A stretch of 64,000 bases of DNA, taken from Eledone cirrhosa. Lineage: Eukaryota. Positions 1-12,423 of the stretch are shown here, in pieces. A program made the translations under genes and the position numbers. The stretch covers positions 392,274,001-392,338,000 of the forward strand of contig OZ024740.1 of the NCBI GenBank assembly GCA_964016885.1, read 5' to 3'. The notes beneath the pieces were generated by a model. It searched no databases and was not told the DNA's origin. It was given only the letters and a program-made list of their open reading frames with translations. Positions within the stretch are counted from its first letter, which is position 1. Every line of letters starts with the position of its first letter.

Positions 1-147
1 TGGTCCATGTGGTTCCTTACCACAATTCCTTCATTATATATATATATTCTTTTGTTTTGTCTCTCAAACTTATATTCTTCATCTTGCACATCTGTTTTAA
101 AACAGAAAAAGAAACAACCTTTCTGTCTGCCTTTCTATTTCTGTCTT

Positions 148-149
<2 letters not shown>

Positions 150-205
<56 letters not shown>
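150..205. repeat. (CT)n microsatellite
   Basis: Uninterrupted ctctct run; explains the SLSL/ERER ORFs. Confidence 0.95.
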
Positions 206-209
<4 letters not shown>

Positions 210-399
210 TTTGTTTTCCTTTCTTTTTCCCTTTGTTTTCACCCCTCCTCTCTTTGTTGATTATAACTCTGTTTCTGCCCTTGATGCCTTCCAGACTAAA
301 TTGGTTAAAAATACACAGTAAAAAACTAAAACAAAAAATGACTTGTAGTTTCCGCTGTATGTTTTCTGTTTTCCATTGGAGCAATTATCTAAGGGGATC

Positions 400-1500
400 A
401 GTTGCAGTGGTGTGGGTAGCAAGGGTTGTGGTGGTTGGGAGGAAGATGGGGGCGGGAGGGTGGTGAAGGTGGTTGTGGTTGTGGTGAGAATATGGCAGAG
501 GTGGAGGCAAGCGTAGTGGTGGTTGCAACAATGTTATTGTTGATGTAGATGGTGGTGGTGGAGGTGGCGGTGGTGGTAGTAGTGGATGTAGCAGAGATAG
601 TGGCTGTACCAGTGTTGTTCTTGCTGTTGTTGTTGTTCTTGCTGCTGTTGTTGTTGTTGTCGTTGGTGTTGGTGGTGGTGGTGGTGGTAAATTGAATTGT
701 GTGGATGTAAAGTAACAAACAACATAATTAACAGAGGCAAAATGAAAAGAAAACAGAGCATCGAATTTGGTGACACTACCGTCACTGCCACAAAAACACT
801 GACATTACCAGAACATCATCAACATATCGTCATAAACACCAATAACCTTATCACCACCATCTCCAATATTACCCTTCCAATGCCACCAACACCAATGTCA
901 TCATCACTCCTGCCACCACTACCTTTATCCACCGCCACCGCCATCACATTTACCATCAACTAACATCACCAGCGCCACCACCATCATCAACATTACCAAT
1001 CAGCCAAACAACATCAGCATCATTATCCTCATCATTAACGTTACCATCACTATCACCAACATCATTATCCTCATCATCATTGCCATCATCATCACCAACA
1101 TTACCATCACCCATAACCAACCAGCTGGCTTTATCATTGGATTGGCAGAATCGGTGGAGCGTCAGACAACCTGATTAGTGGCATAGAGTTATGGCCCTTT
1201 ACATTCTGAGTTCAAATACCGCCAAGGTTAGCTTTGCCTTTCATCCTTACAGGGTCGATAAAATAAAGTAGCAGTAATACACTGGGGTCGATTTAATCGA
1301 CTTTCCCCTCCCCAAAATTGTTGGCCTTGTGCCTAAATCAGAAACTATTGCCATCATCATCACCAACATTACCATCACCATTACCAACCAGCTAGCATTA
1401 TCATCATCATCCCCCTCACCAACATTATCACCATCATCATCATCATCATTACCAATCAGCATCTTTATTACTTACATCACCATCATCTTCACCAACCAGT
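400..1500. repeat. Degenerate trinucleotide low-complexity tract (GGT/GTT-rich, then CCA/CAT-rich)
   Basis: Runs of ggt, gtt, cca and cat triplets, interrupted by a SINE at about 1138-1349. Confidence 0.85.
1138..1349 (+). mobile_element. tRNA-derived SINE (family A)
   Basis: A-box-like tggcagaatcgg, B-box-like gagttcaaatac, core gcctttcatccttacagggtcgataaaataaagt and tail ggccttgtgcctaaatcagaaact; many related copies in the window. Confidence 0.85.
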
Positions 1501-1519
1501 AGCATCAATGTCACCACCT

Positions 1520-2099
1520 ACATCACAGCCACCAGCGCCACCACAGACACTACCACCACCACCACCACAAACACTACCACCATCATCACAGACACCACCA
1601 CCACCACCACCACCACAAACACTACCACCATCATCACAGACACCACCACCACCACCACCACCACCACCACCACCACCACCACAAACACTACCACCATCAT
1701 CACAGACACCACCACCACCACCACGACCATCATCACAGACACCACCATCATCACAGACACTACCACCACCACCACAGACACTGCCACCACCACCATCACC
1801 ATCATCACAAACACTGCCACCACCACCACCACCATCATCACATACTCTGCCACCACCACCACCATCATCACAGACACTGCCACCACTACCACCACCATCA
1901 TCACAGACACTGCCACCACCACTACCATCACAGACACTGCCACCACCACCACCACCATCATCACAGACACTGCCACCACCATCATCACAGACACTGCCAC
2001 CACCACCACCACCATCACCACCATCATCACAGACACTGACACCACCACCACCACCACCACCACCACCATCATCACAGACACTACCACCACCACCACCAC
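1520..2099. repeat. Minisatellite, unit about (cca)n-tca-tca-cag-aca-ctr
   Basis: About 20 variable-length units; translates as PPPPSSQTL repeats. Confidence 0.9.
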
Positions 2100-5000
2100 T
2101 ATTCAACTTGAACAAAAACAACATAAAGCACTAAAAAGAACCACAGCAAAAATACCTAATCATCAATTCTAATTTCTTTGTAGCATTTTTGTTTTTAACC
2201 CAAATTTGAAAGGATTTAACGATAAGAAAGTTACTTTCTTCTGATTTTTAAATGAGAGGAACATTGGATTGAACAAAAAACAAATAATATCCCCCACTCC
2301 CCCCCAAAACATGGACCATAAACAAATAAATAGATTAATAAATAGAAAATGAATAAATAAATAATAAAACTCAGCATAGTATGTTTTCTAATGAAACAAA
2401 ATAAACTGTTGAGTGTAAGCAACAATGACATGAAGTGTCTCCTTTTGTGTGATTTTCCAAATGAATTAGTAATTAATTAGTAAATTAGAATAAATTTGTT
2501 CTTTGAAATTCCTAATAAATTTGAGTGCATGTGTTGATGCATGCATATAGATGGGTGTTCTTATTGCTTAAATATTTGAATTTTCTGCAAATAAGGATAA
2601 ATATTGGTTTAGTTTTATTGTAATCTCTAAAGAGATTCAGCTCTGATGAGAACTCAAGAACTCAGCCTTTTCCCCCTCCATGCCTATAATGGGTTTAACA
2701 TTACAAGCCAATAAAATTCTCGTTATCTTCTGTGAATTGGTAGTAAGAAGTTTTAATACATCAGATGAAATGCCTTGTAGCATTTATTCTAGCTCCTTGT
2801 ATTTTGAGTTCAAATCCTACTACTTATTTCTGCTTGTGACAGCAGCCAGCCAGCTCTAACCAGTGAAACTACAGCATCCTAAACAGATGCCACCCAGCCA
2901 ATTGAGTCATCTTTTCAATAGGGGTGATTAGAGCGAATTAATCTGGTAGCAATAACCCATTTCAGAGTTTGGCACAAAATCCAATGCACAGACATAGAGG
3001 ATTTGGTGAGGGCATAATTAAGCAAACACTTCCAGTTTGCTTAAATTTGTCATTCCCATTGGTCATGTCTTGCAGCTAATGGAGAATGATAGTGTGAACC
3101 AGTGTTTGGTTGATACAGATTTTTTTGTGACCAGATGGATTTCTGACCTAGACAAATTTTGCCTTTAATCCCTCTAAGCTTGATAAATAAAGTATCAGTC
3201 TAGACTGGTGGACTTACAGAATTGTTATAACAGTGAAAAGAATGCCTTATAGTATTTGTTATGGCTCTTTGCATTCTGAGTTAAATACTACTGTGGCCTA
3301 CATATCTGTCACACTGGTTAATGCGACCACATGGCCATTGGGTGTCGTTAGTAGAGTTCTTTCTGTTGCAAGCACTCAGGCTAGGTCTCAAATTTGAGGA
3401 TAGCATACTTTCATCCCAGTTTTAGAGGCCCTGAATAAGGTCATGAGCACAGCTAAGTGATTAAAAATATCATTATTTCCAGTTTACATTCTTCCTGAGG
3501 TCAGTTAGTTCAATTGACTATTGTTATCTCTCTATATTTTGAGTTCAAATACTGATGGATTTGACATTGCTTTTTACTCATCTTATATTAATAGAATATT
3601 TACTCTGGTTAATTTCAATTGAATATTCACCAAAGACTGTTGCCTGACTTGTGGGCACCCATTTCTGTGGATATTAAATCATACACAAAAAAATTAGAAT
3701 ACACAGCAAACCCCAAATTTCACATATCAAAGTCAGCTTGGTACAAGTAATTGGAATTGAAAAGTTATACATACAGGTATTAAATTTAAAAAATCTAACC
3801 ATCCTCATTTTATGTTCACTTTCCACACTGGCATGTGTTGAACAGGTTGTCAGAGTCTGAGACATATTTTTGCAATACCAACACTACCACAGTTGTATTC
3901 TATCAAGGCACCAACACAAAATTTGATGAATTTTGCCACTGTAAGGACATTAAATACTTTTTGTTAAAAATATAATTCTCACTGTCAAAGGGATAAAACT
4001 AAAAATTCCAACAGATGGCACAAATAAGTTGCTACAGCCGTTGCTGGTGCCCTCCTCACTGCTGTGGGTGCCCGGGGTAGTTGCTCCCCATTAAATCTGA
4101 CTCTGCCCATTGCTCTTACTGGATGTTCAGCTAGAGCCAGATGAGCCTAGAACTCAACATAGGCAAGGTTGTTACTCACTGAAGTTGCTAAAACACCACC
4201 CACCACCTGAATGGTTAATTCAAATAACTAATTGAATTTGAAATGTAATGTTTAATTCAGCTGAGTGTATTCTACAAATCTGTGGCTTTGTCTCAATGTA
4301 AGAAATGAGTTATGTCGATATATTTTTGTAGTGTGAGGTTTTCTCTTTTGGTTCTGGTTTGTGTGTAGCTTAACTACCTACATTTATATTCGATGAACAG
4401 ATTGAGTGTTTTGTTTTACCAGCAGGTATGCTTCACAGAATGAAAATGGGATTTGTCATTGGAGTCCTAGAAATATGATTGTTGAACCTGTTATAAGAAC
4501 CTGTCTGTCCATTGGTGTAATCTTATGATACTTAGATTGATACTAATATAGTTTCCAAGAAATGACATTGGAAGCAGATGAGGGCTGTTTAATAGATTCA
4601 TGGGTAGAGGTGTGCCTGCACCTTCGCATTCCCTACCACTTGTAATTGATAATGTTGTCATGCATACACTCTATTTGAATAAAAGACTGAATAATCATTG
4701 CCAGATTATCTTGATCATAGGTCTTGCTTTATTAGAGCTGACCTTGGGCCAAACAACAACTATGACAATTGATGTATGGCTGCCGGATACAACAGTTGAT
4801 ACTTCTTTCCAGAGCCCTTTTCACCCTAACATGGGTGGTTTTGTATCAGTTTCTGCTGATGTTTTCTAGACAGTTTAAATGCTGTTACTAACATTAAAGC
4901 CACAAGGAAAATGCACTCCTTTGCACGTGTATATGTCAGTGAACATAAGAGGGAAGATGCAAACATAACGCCAACTTCCCCCTCCACCCCCTTTACATAT

Positions 5001-5719
5001 TATTATATTTATATATCTTTTTCTTTTTTTTAGTAGAATCATGACAGTTTGTCAAGTAATGCCATTATAATAACTGTAATTTGATAATCTTATGTATGAA
5101 ACTAGAGAAAGGAATAACACTTTGAAGGTATTAGAATCTCTTTAAAATAATTTTTTTCCTGATAATTTAGACCTGAAATGATGTATCATAGACCGTCATA
5201 GGAAGGTCGCTGGAACTAAAACAGACGACTCTCCTGATCTTTCCTCTTTAAAATGAGGTCTACAATCTTTTCTTTCTTGATAATTCTTCTAAAAATAATT
5301 GGCTACTTATTTTTGATGAAGTCAGTGCACTTAATTCTATACATTTCTGATGGGTTGCAATAGAATAATCATGATCAAATAAGAAAAATAGCTATAACAA
5401 TGGTATGACATAAACAGCTAAATAACACAATTATAGTTTTGTTAAACTGTTTAATAATAGCTTAATTTGGTGTGTGTGTGTGTGTGTGTATGCACATGTA
5501 TATGCATGTGTATTATGTTATTCTGTTAGTAGTTTTAATCATCAGATACAATATATGTGTATGTGCATGTGCATATATGCACAAATGTCCAACACACACA
5601 CACACATATAATAGTTAAACGGTGATGATATATATATATATAGTACCAAGAGTTTCCAAAGACTAGATCAAGGAAAATAAGCGCCCTGTGTAATGTACAG
5701 AGCCAAAATATATTACTTT

Positions 5720-5853
5720 ATAAGATCGCAACCCAAATGCATGCTACCTAAGATTTCAAACTTCAACCAGCATAGGACATAGACGAATGCCTATGTCCTA
5801 TGCTGGTTGAAGTTTGAAACCTTAGGTAGCATGCATTTGTGTTGGGATCTTAT
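5720..5853. repeat. Near-perfect hairpin: 63-bp arms, 8-nt loop
   Basis: 5720-5782 is the reverse complement of 5791-5853 with 3 mismatches; loop acgaatgc. Confidence 0.92.
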
Positions 5854-5949
5854 TCATATAAACACACACGCACACACAGAGAGTGAGAGAGAGAGATTGA
5901 TATAGCCAATATATATCATTGAGCAGGAAACAAGATAAAGCACTTCATC

Positions 5950-6755
5950 AGCGAAGTGGCCTTGCTCAATATGTAGAAAAGGAGTAGGCATAAACTCTAT
6001 ATAGTGTACACAAGAGGTGTAGTGGGATAACAGACAGACTAACAGGAAAAGAAGGCTTTATATGTAGTAGATGTTCAGGGTAAATTGATAATAAGGGTGC
6101 CAATAATAAAATAAATAATATAAACTTTTTCCAATCCCAGAAAGGATCAATAGAAGTGGTTGATAGTTTCTGCTACCTAGGTGATATAATTAGCCATGGA
6201 GAAGGGTGCTCGGAGAGCATATAGTTAGAATAAGGACAGGATGGAAGATGTTTAGGGAACTGCTACCTCTGCTAAAAACAAACGGTTTCTCCCTACAAAT
6301 GAAAAGTCGGCTGTATGAGGCTTATGTATGAAGTGCCATGCTGCATGGTAGTAAGACATGGGAATTGAACACAGAGGACATGCAGAGGCTAGAGAGAAAT
6401 GTGGTAAGCATGCTTCAATGGATGTCAATGTTATTGTGCAAGAATGACAAAGCATGGATGAACTGAGAGAAAAACTGGGTATAAGAGATATTAGAAGTAG
6501 TGTGGAGAAAAGACTGCATTGGTATGTACATGTGATAGATGATGATCGCTGGGATAAGAAATGCCAAGTAATCCCTGTGGAAGGAAGCCACAGTAGAAAA
6601 AGACCAAGGAAGACTTAGATGGAAGTGGTGAAAGCTGATCTTAGATTGCTAAAGCTCATGGTGGAGATGACAAAAAGTGGAGGGATGCTATACTGGGAAA
6701 GACCAGTCCAATCAATGCAAGCATGGATCAATGGACATAAAATGATGATAATGAT
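5950..6755 (+). mobile_element. RTE-clade LINE 3' fragment (decayed RT C-terminus and tail)
   Basis: Broken frames giving EVVDSFCYLGDII, RIRTGWKMFRELLPLL and RLHWYVHV; ends ...gcaagcatggatcaatggacataaaatgatgat. Confidence 0.8.
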
Positions 6756-7379
6756 CATCATCATCATTATCATCATTTTTATATCTGTTTTCCATGTCTG
6801 GATGGGTTAGAGGAGTCTTCTCAAATTTCTCTCCATTTTGTGAGGTTCAGCATCTTGAGATTAGGATCAGCTTTCACTACCTCTGCCCAGCTCTTCCTTA
6901 CACTTCCATTTCCATGGTTTTCTTCTACTTGGAGCTCCTGGTATTTCTCACTCACTTATCATTATCCATGCACATCGCATGTCTGTAGCAACACAATCTT
7001 CTCGCCTACACTCACACACACAGACAGAGAGAGATTTCCATCTCCTGTGTGTGGGTGGGGTACTTTTCCTGATTTTTTGTTTTTTTCAACTATTATTATT
7101 ATTATGGTTATTTGGGTTGGGACAAGTGCATTTAAAATTTTAAATTTTTTCAATGTTTCCTAAGTCAACCAGTTGTTTACACTTATAGGCTGAAAATCTT
7201 TTTAAAAAATGGAGTTGGAGCCAGCAGCTCTTTAGTGTACTGGTTTATGCGTTCGCCTGGCATCTGAGAGATGTGGGGTTTGATTCCAAGCAGATGCCTC
7301 TGTCTATGTTTTTCTGTCTCCGGAGGTACTTTACTTGATTTAATCAACTATTGTTTATAGCTATTAACTTGTGGTAAAA

Positions 7380-7822
7380 TGTAATGTATCCTAGTTGGAT
7401 AGTTCATTGACATAGACGTGAGGGAAGGTCCCTCGTCTATTTACCATTTTGTGTTTGTGAGAATTATAACAAAGTGAGTGAGTGTGTGCGCAAACAAGAC
7501 AATAACCACAACGAGAGTTAAGTTCAACAATTGTAAATAATGGTGGTTTATTTATACTACAAATGGAACGTACCAAATGTTGACGTGGTCAGTTGTGGTG
7601 AAAGGAACGTATTACCATTACAAAAGTATTGTGGGGCTTATTTTTGCTGTTCCCTTGGCTGCTTTCTGTGGGGTGGTACAGAGGCTATTTTCTGGCATGT
7701 GATCAGTCTGCTTTCTAGTGGCTGTCTGTTTACTCCTCGTGTTCTCAACCAGCGGGAGATAACTAGGGTTGTTCTAGGGTTGTTCTATTATCCCGGCAAG
7801 AGGTGTGGGGCGTCTTACTACA
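7380..7822 (-). mobile_element. Putative 3' LTR of Gypsy element A
   Basis: On the - strand a PPT-like ctggcaggagatac is followed by TGTAGT at 7822; tataaataaa (TATA/polyA-like) near 7546-7556; candidate end ...attaca at 7380. The far end is uncertain. Confidence 0.55.
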
Positions 7823-8053
7823 GTATCTCCTGCCAGATTTTCAAATCATCGAAAATCGATGTCATTACTCACATGTGGAGTAAGATGGTGAACAATGCAA
7901 CAAGGGGGAGCTATTCGCTCTACCAAAAATTGAATCCAGAATAAGGATTTGAAAAATGTTAAAAAAAAACAAAAAAACAACATGCATGTATAAAAAACAA
8001 GGCAAAGAAAAAGCAGAAAAACAGAGGCAAAAAAAAGGTGCAGCTAACATAGT

Positions 8054-9571
8054 CTAAATATAGACGGTGCTGCAAAATTTTTTGGGCCAGTGGACCCTAT
8101 GACCTGAACGGGTCGTGGTCTTGTAACGTGGCGATGGTGGTGGTGTAGGGACGGGCGATGATGGTGGTTCAGGAACAGGCGTTCGCTCAACAGGCAAATA
8201 CAAAGGGGTTCGTGGATCAGGAACCACAGCGTCCGTGTCAAGGTGTGCCTGCTTAAGCCTGTCTATTGTAACTGTCTCCCTGGACCCCTTAATATCTAAC
8301 GTGAAATGCTTAGCCGAGCGCGCTAAGACACGGTAAGGTCCAGTGTAAGGCTGTGTGAGCGGGGGCTTTACGGAATCTTTCCTTACAAAGACATGCGTCC
8401 ACGAGGCAATATCCCTCGGGACAGCAGTCTTGACAGTTTGTTTCCTAGTGTCCATTGACGGCAAATCCTGGAAATAGGAGCGCACACGGGACACGTAGGA
8501 AGCGTGATCTTGGGCATGAAGATCGATAGGGGCAAGCATTTGCCCGGGCAACGTCAGAGGGGCACCGTACAGTACTTCGGCCGGTGAAAATCCAAAGTCG
8601 ACCTTCCCCGTTGACCGAATCCCTAGTAGCACAATAGGGAGGTACTCGCTCCAATGCGCCGAGTCCATTGAGGCCATTAAGGAGGCCTTCAGTTGTCGGT
8701 GAAAACACTCCACCATACCATTCGAAGCGGGATGGTACGCCGTAGTTCTAATGCGTTTAGCACCAATTAATTTGACAGTTCGAGGAAAAGGCTCGACTCG
8801 AACTGTCGTCCTCGGTCGGTAGTTATTGTGGATGGAACTCCATAACGAGAGATCCATCCAGACACAAGAGCACACACTGTTGTCTCCGCAGTGATGTTTT
8901 TCAAGGGGATGGCTTCAGGCCATCTCGAAAAACGGTCAATTATGGTCAGCAGATAAGAATAACCATCGCTGACAGGCCAAGGTCCCACTATGTCAATATG
9001 AATGTGTGAAAAACGCGCATCTGGGTTAGCAAAGGTACCCAGGGGAGCCTTGACGTGTCGATGGACCTTTGATCTCTGGCAAGCGACGCAGGAACGGCAC
9101 CAAGCAGCAATTTCACGCCTCATATTTGGCCAGAAAAATCTAGCTGATGGCAGAAGATCCTGGATGCGAGATACTATGTAATGCCAGAAACACGGTCCGA
9201 CGATGATTCTCTGGAACAAAGGGCCTAGGTACGTCCAAAGAGACGTCGCAGAGGATTTGGCCAACTGCAGTCGACAGAGGCAAGTATTTCATCTCGCAAT
9301 TCGCAAACTCAGGCTATGTAACATCCAATGACTCAAGGGGCGGCTGATCCGCAGCCAAACGAGTCAGATCTATGTCAGAGGGTGACGAGATCGCTGTCAC
9401 GGGTAAGCGGGACAAAGCATCGGCCGCTGTATTTAGTGAACCCGGAATGTGCTGGATATCACTCGTGTATTGCGAGATGAAATCAAGGTGTCTCCTCTCT
9501 CTGGGCGAGTATTTATCAGCCTTCGCTCTCAACGCAAAAGTCAATGGTTTATGGTCAGTGAGGATAGTAAA
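8054..9571 (-). mobile_element. Gypsy/Ty3 pol remnant (RNase H end, integrase), frameshifted
   Basis: FTILTDHKPLTFAL, HIPGSLNTAADALSR, zinc-binding [27 protein letters not shown] residues in HIDIVGP / [10 protein letters not shown] / NGMVECFHR, and GPY motif PYTGPYRVL, spread over ORFs 9314-9544, 8767-9264 and 8054-8875. Confidence 0.95.
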
Positions 9572-10095
9572 CCAGGTGAAAAGGGACTCTGGGTTCTTCA
9601 GCGCTTGACTGCTACTCTACAGAAGATTCATTGACTTTGCTTTTACAACAAGCAACACAACATTATGTCACACAAGGTGGCAGGACGGTAAAATGGCCAC
9701 GAAAACTCTCAAAAACACCATACATCTAACCCCTAACGGCATTAACAAACTTCTTTTTCAGTTTTCAGATAGAACTGGTGTCAGAAAGTCTGTACACTGG
9801 TGATGTGTGAACTATTTGACTTTAAAAAACTTTGAACTTTTCATTGAGCAATTTCTCTGCTCCCTTAGATTGACTTTGAATTATCAGTTTGTTACATTCA
9901 CATATTTCTTTGTAGAATGCATTTACTTGTTTTGTGCTCTTTTGCTATTTGCTTGCTCATGGTTTTTGTTCATTCACATTCTTTGCTGTTTTACATGCCT
10001 GCATATGCACACATTTTTATTGTCACACACCAACATGTTGTTCTTGGTATATGTTCTTCAAACGTAATATTCTGCGAGTCCCTTTTCACCTGGTT
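9570..10095. repeat. Segment bounded by a perfect 20-bp inverted repeat
   Basis: aaccaggtgaaaagggactc (9570-9589) and gagtcccttttcacctggtt (10076-10095). Confidence 0.9.
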
Positions 10096-11127
10096 GAGGT
10101 GCTGTCACATGCTAGCAGCTCATTGAGCTTAATCCACTGGATTCAAACAGGTACCGCAACACGAGAATACTAATTGCAGCTGAGCTCAAACAGTTTTGCA
10201 TCTCGTTGCACACTGATCGTCCATGACGGCCTTCGTCTTGCTGTTTTTGCCCGACTCGCTGGGAAAACAGCAAATAGAACTGGACTTGTCAGCATTTCGG
10301 CCACTTCTGTGGATTCGCCCGAATTATGGAATTTACACTGCAACCCACCTACAGATTAAACTTGCTTTTTTTCTTTTCAAAGCAACCAGCCATTTTTTCC
10401 TGGCTCCCTAGCACATTTGGCAATACATCTGGGAGGCCAACATTTTCTCGCCTACCCATCATCTTCTTGCCAGCACTGGTAAACTACCATAATAGCTTCG
10501 TCCACAGCTACTGGTACAGCACTTACCATTAACATTAAATGCAAGAACAGCAACTTCGCCCATGTCAGACTTTATCCGTTTTTGTTAGACCTTTACTGGT
10601 CACGTATAAACAACAAAACAGCTGGTCATTTGACACAGAGGCTCAACACGGCCCGTAGCGCCTCATTTTTTTTCTTGCATGCAGCCTTCTGCCCAATTAT
10701 TTTTTTAAACTGATGTGCTCTTTCAGCATTTGTTCTTGCTGATTCAATAATCTGTATCGACTTCCTTGTGGGTCCTTAGCTTCTTCGTTTACGATTTTCG
10801 GCTAAAAATCTGCTCAGAGGTATTGTAGTGACCTACATTCCGCGGGCTCACATACATTCTCTGTGCGTCATTTGGCTCAGTTCAGCCAATCAGCGCCAGT
10901 AGAAGAGGATGTATCCCTACGCGCCCTGAGGAAAAAATTCCCCGCGAAGATTTGAAGAATCTATCTCTTGTTCCAGAAACTTCGAACCAGCAACACGCAC
11001 AATGTAACGGTGAGATTTTGCACCCCTAGCCTCGCCGGCTTTCCGGCGCAATGGCACATTCCCTTTTGTAACCTCTTTTTATGTGTAACTTCAACCATAT
11101 AAGTTAACAAACATTGTTTGTGCTACA
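9590..11127 (+). mobile_element. 3' part of related Gypsy element B (integrase tail, 3' region, PPT, putative LTR 10824-11127)
   Basis: 9661-9729 encodes HYVTQGGRTVKWPRKLSKTPYI*, similar to element A's RYKTTTRSGHRVHWPKKFCSTVYI*. cgattttcg..aaaatctgctcagaggtatTGTAGT mirrors A's cgattttcg..aaaatctggcaggagatacTGTAGT. CCAAT at 10886; ...ctaca at 11127. Confidence 0.6.
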
Positions 11128-12423
11128 AACTAATAAGCACCAGATGGTAACGATGATGATGATGATGATGATGATACATATATGTGTGTATATGTTTACA
11201 TGTTCACAGGTTTCACACAACATTACTCATGAACTCTTAAGATCCTGTAATGATTTAACAGAAGATATTTACAAACGTCTGTTGATTCTTGTTTGTAGTA
11301 TAGTATTTTTTATTAGGGATTGATCATTGTGAAATTCACAGTAAACTAATGTAAAGACTTTAATTTTTAATGTGATATAACCATAGTGGTGTTTTATAGT
11401 TCTTGAGAATGTGGTGCAAGCCATTTAGAGTTAGTATGTTGTGTCAAAAATGTAAATTACCCACTCAATAAAATATAGAGCAATAAAAGAAGTACTCTCG
11501 GATCCCAAGTAATAGGGGGGGGGGATAAGTGGGAGGGGGGATCGGTAATTTGTTTAGGTTGTCTCCATTGATTTTTCTAAAAACCAGAATTAGATGTTTA
11601 GTTTACATATTGAGTCCTCGACCTATTCTATTTACTTTATAACATATAGGATTTCTAGTAATGTATTTTATTTGTCATATATAATGTTTTTTAATGTATA
11701 ACGAAAACTAATTGTTGGAGGAATGCTACTAATGTCGCCAGAGATAGATTAGCAAAATTTAATAAGTGGTGAGGTTGGAATAAGAGCGGTGGGGAGGGGC
11801 GATTATTTGAGACCTGAGAGTACCTGACAGAAATTTGTAATTTTCTTGATGTACTTCAACATAATTTCTCCCCTCTCTCTCTCTTTTCTTTCCCTATCCA
11901 TCTTTCTACTTCTACTTCTCTCACTCTTTCTTTTCCCCTTTCTCTCTCTATATGTAAAGTTGATATGATGGATTAAAAATTTTTCAGAGTGGCACTCCAT
12001 CATGGCTGCAATCTAATGATAGAATCCCAATATATATATATGTGTGTGTGTGTGTGGGGGGGGGGGTGCACATGTGTAACTACGCACTTGTGTAAATAAG
12101 TTCATTTTGGAATATGCTTGTTTTTACTTCTCCAAGTGTGTGTCTAAGGTAAAATTATAGCCAAAGATATAATTTTGTTTTTCCTTATGGCTTAGTCCGA
12201 CATGCCCTCCAACATTGGTGGGAGGAAAATGAAGAAGAAACCACAATTCATGAAGCTCAATACATTAGTTTCTCTATAGCATGTTTCACTCATCAGACTT
12301 GAGTCAATCTGAATCTTTGATAGAAGAAACTTACCCATGGTGCTGTGCAGTGGAATCGAAATCAGAACCACATGGATGTAAAGTGAATTTCTTAATAGTA
12401 CTATTTACGCTTGATATCAATAA

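Noticed and set aside
7-963. ORFs rich in SL, ER, T, N, Q and H repeats
   Set aside because: Translations of microsatellites and triplet tracts.
7228-7290. tRNA-like sequence (gctctttagtgtactgg...ggtttgattcc)
   Set aside because: Box-like motifs are present but no consistent cloverleaf; at most a decayed SINE head.
11114-11323. Possible exon after ttcacag at about 11210
   Set aside because: No similarity to PGS1 or any recognised protein, and no convincing donor.
12275-12302. - strand CTGATGA-gt-GAAA hammerhead-like string
   Set aside because: No stem II, stem III not palindromic, no stem I; lies in decayed SINE sequence.
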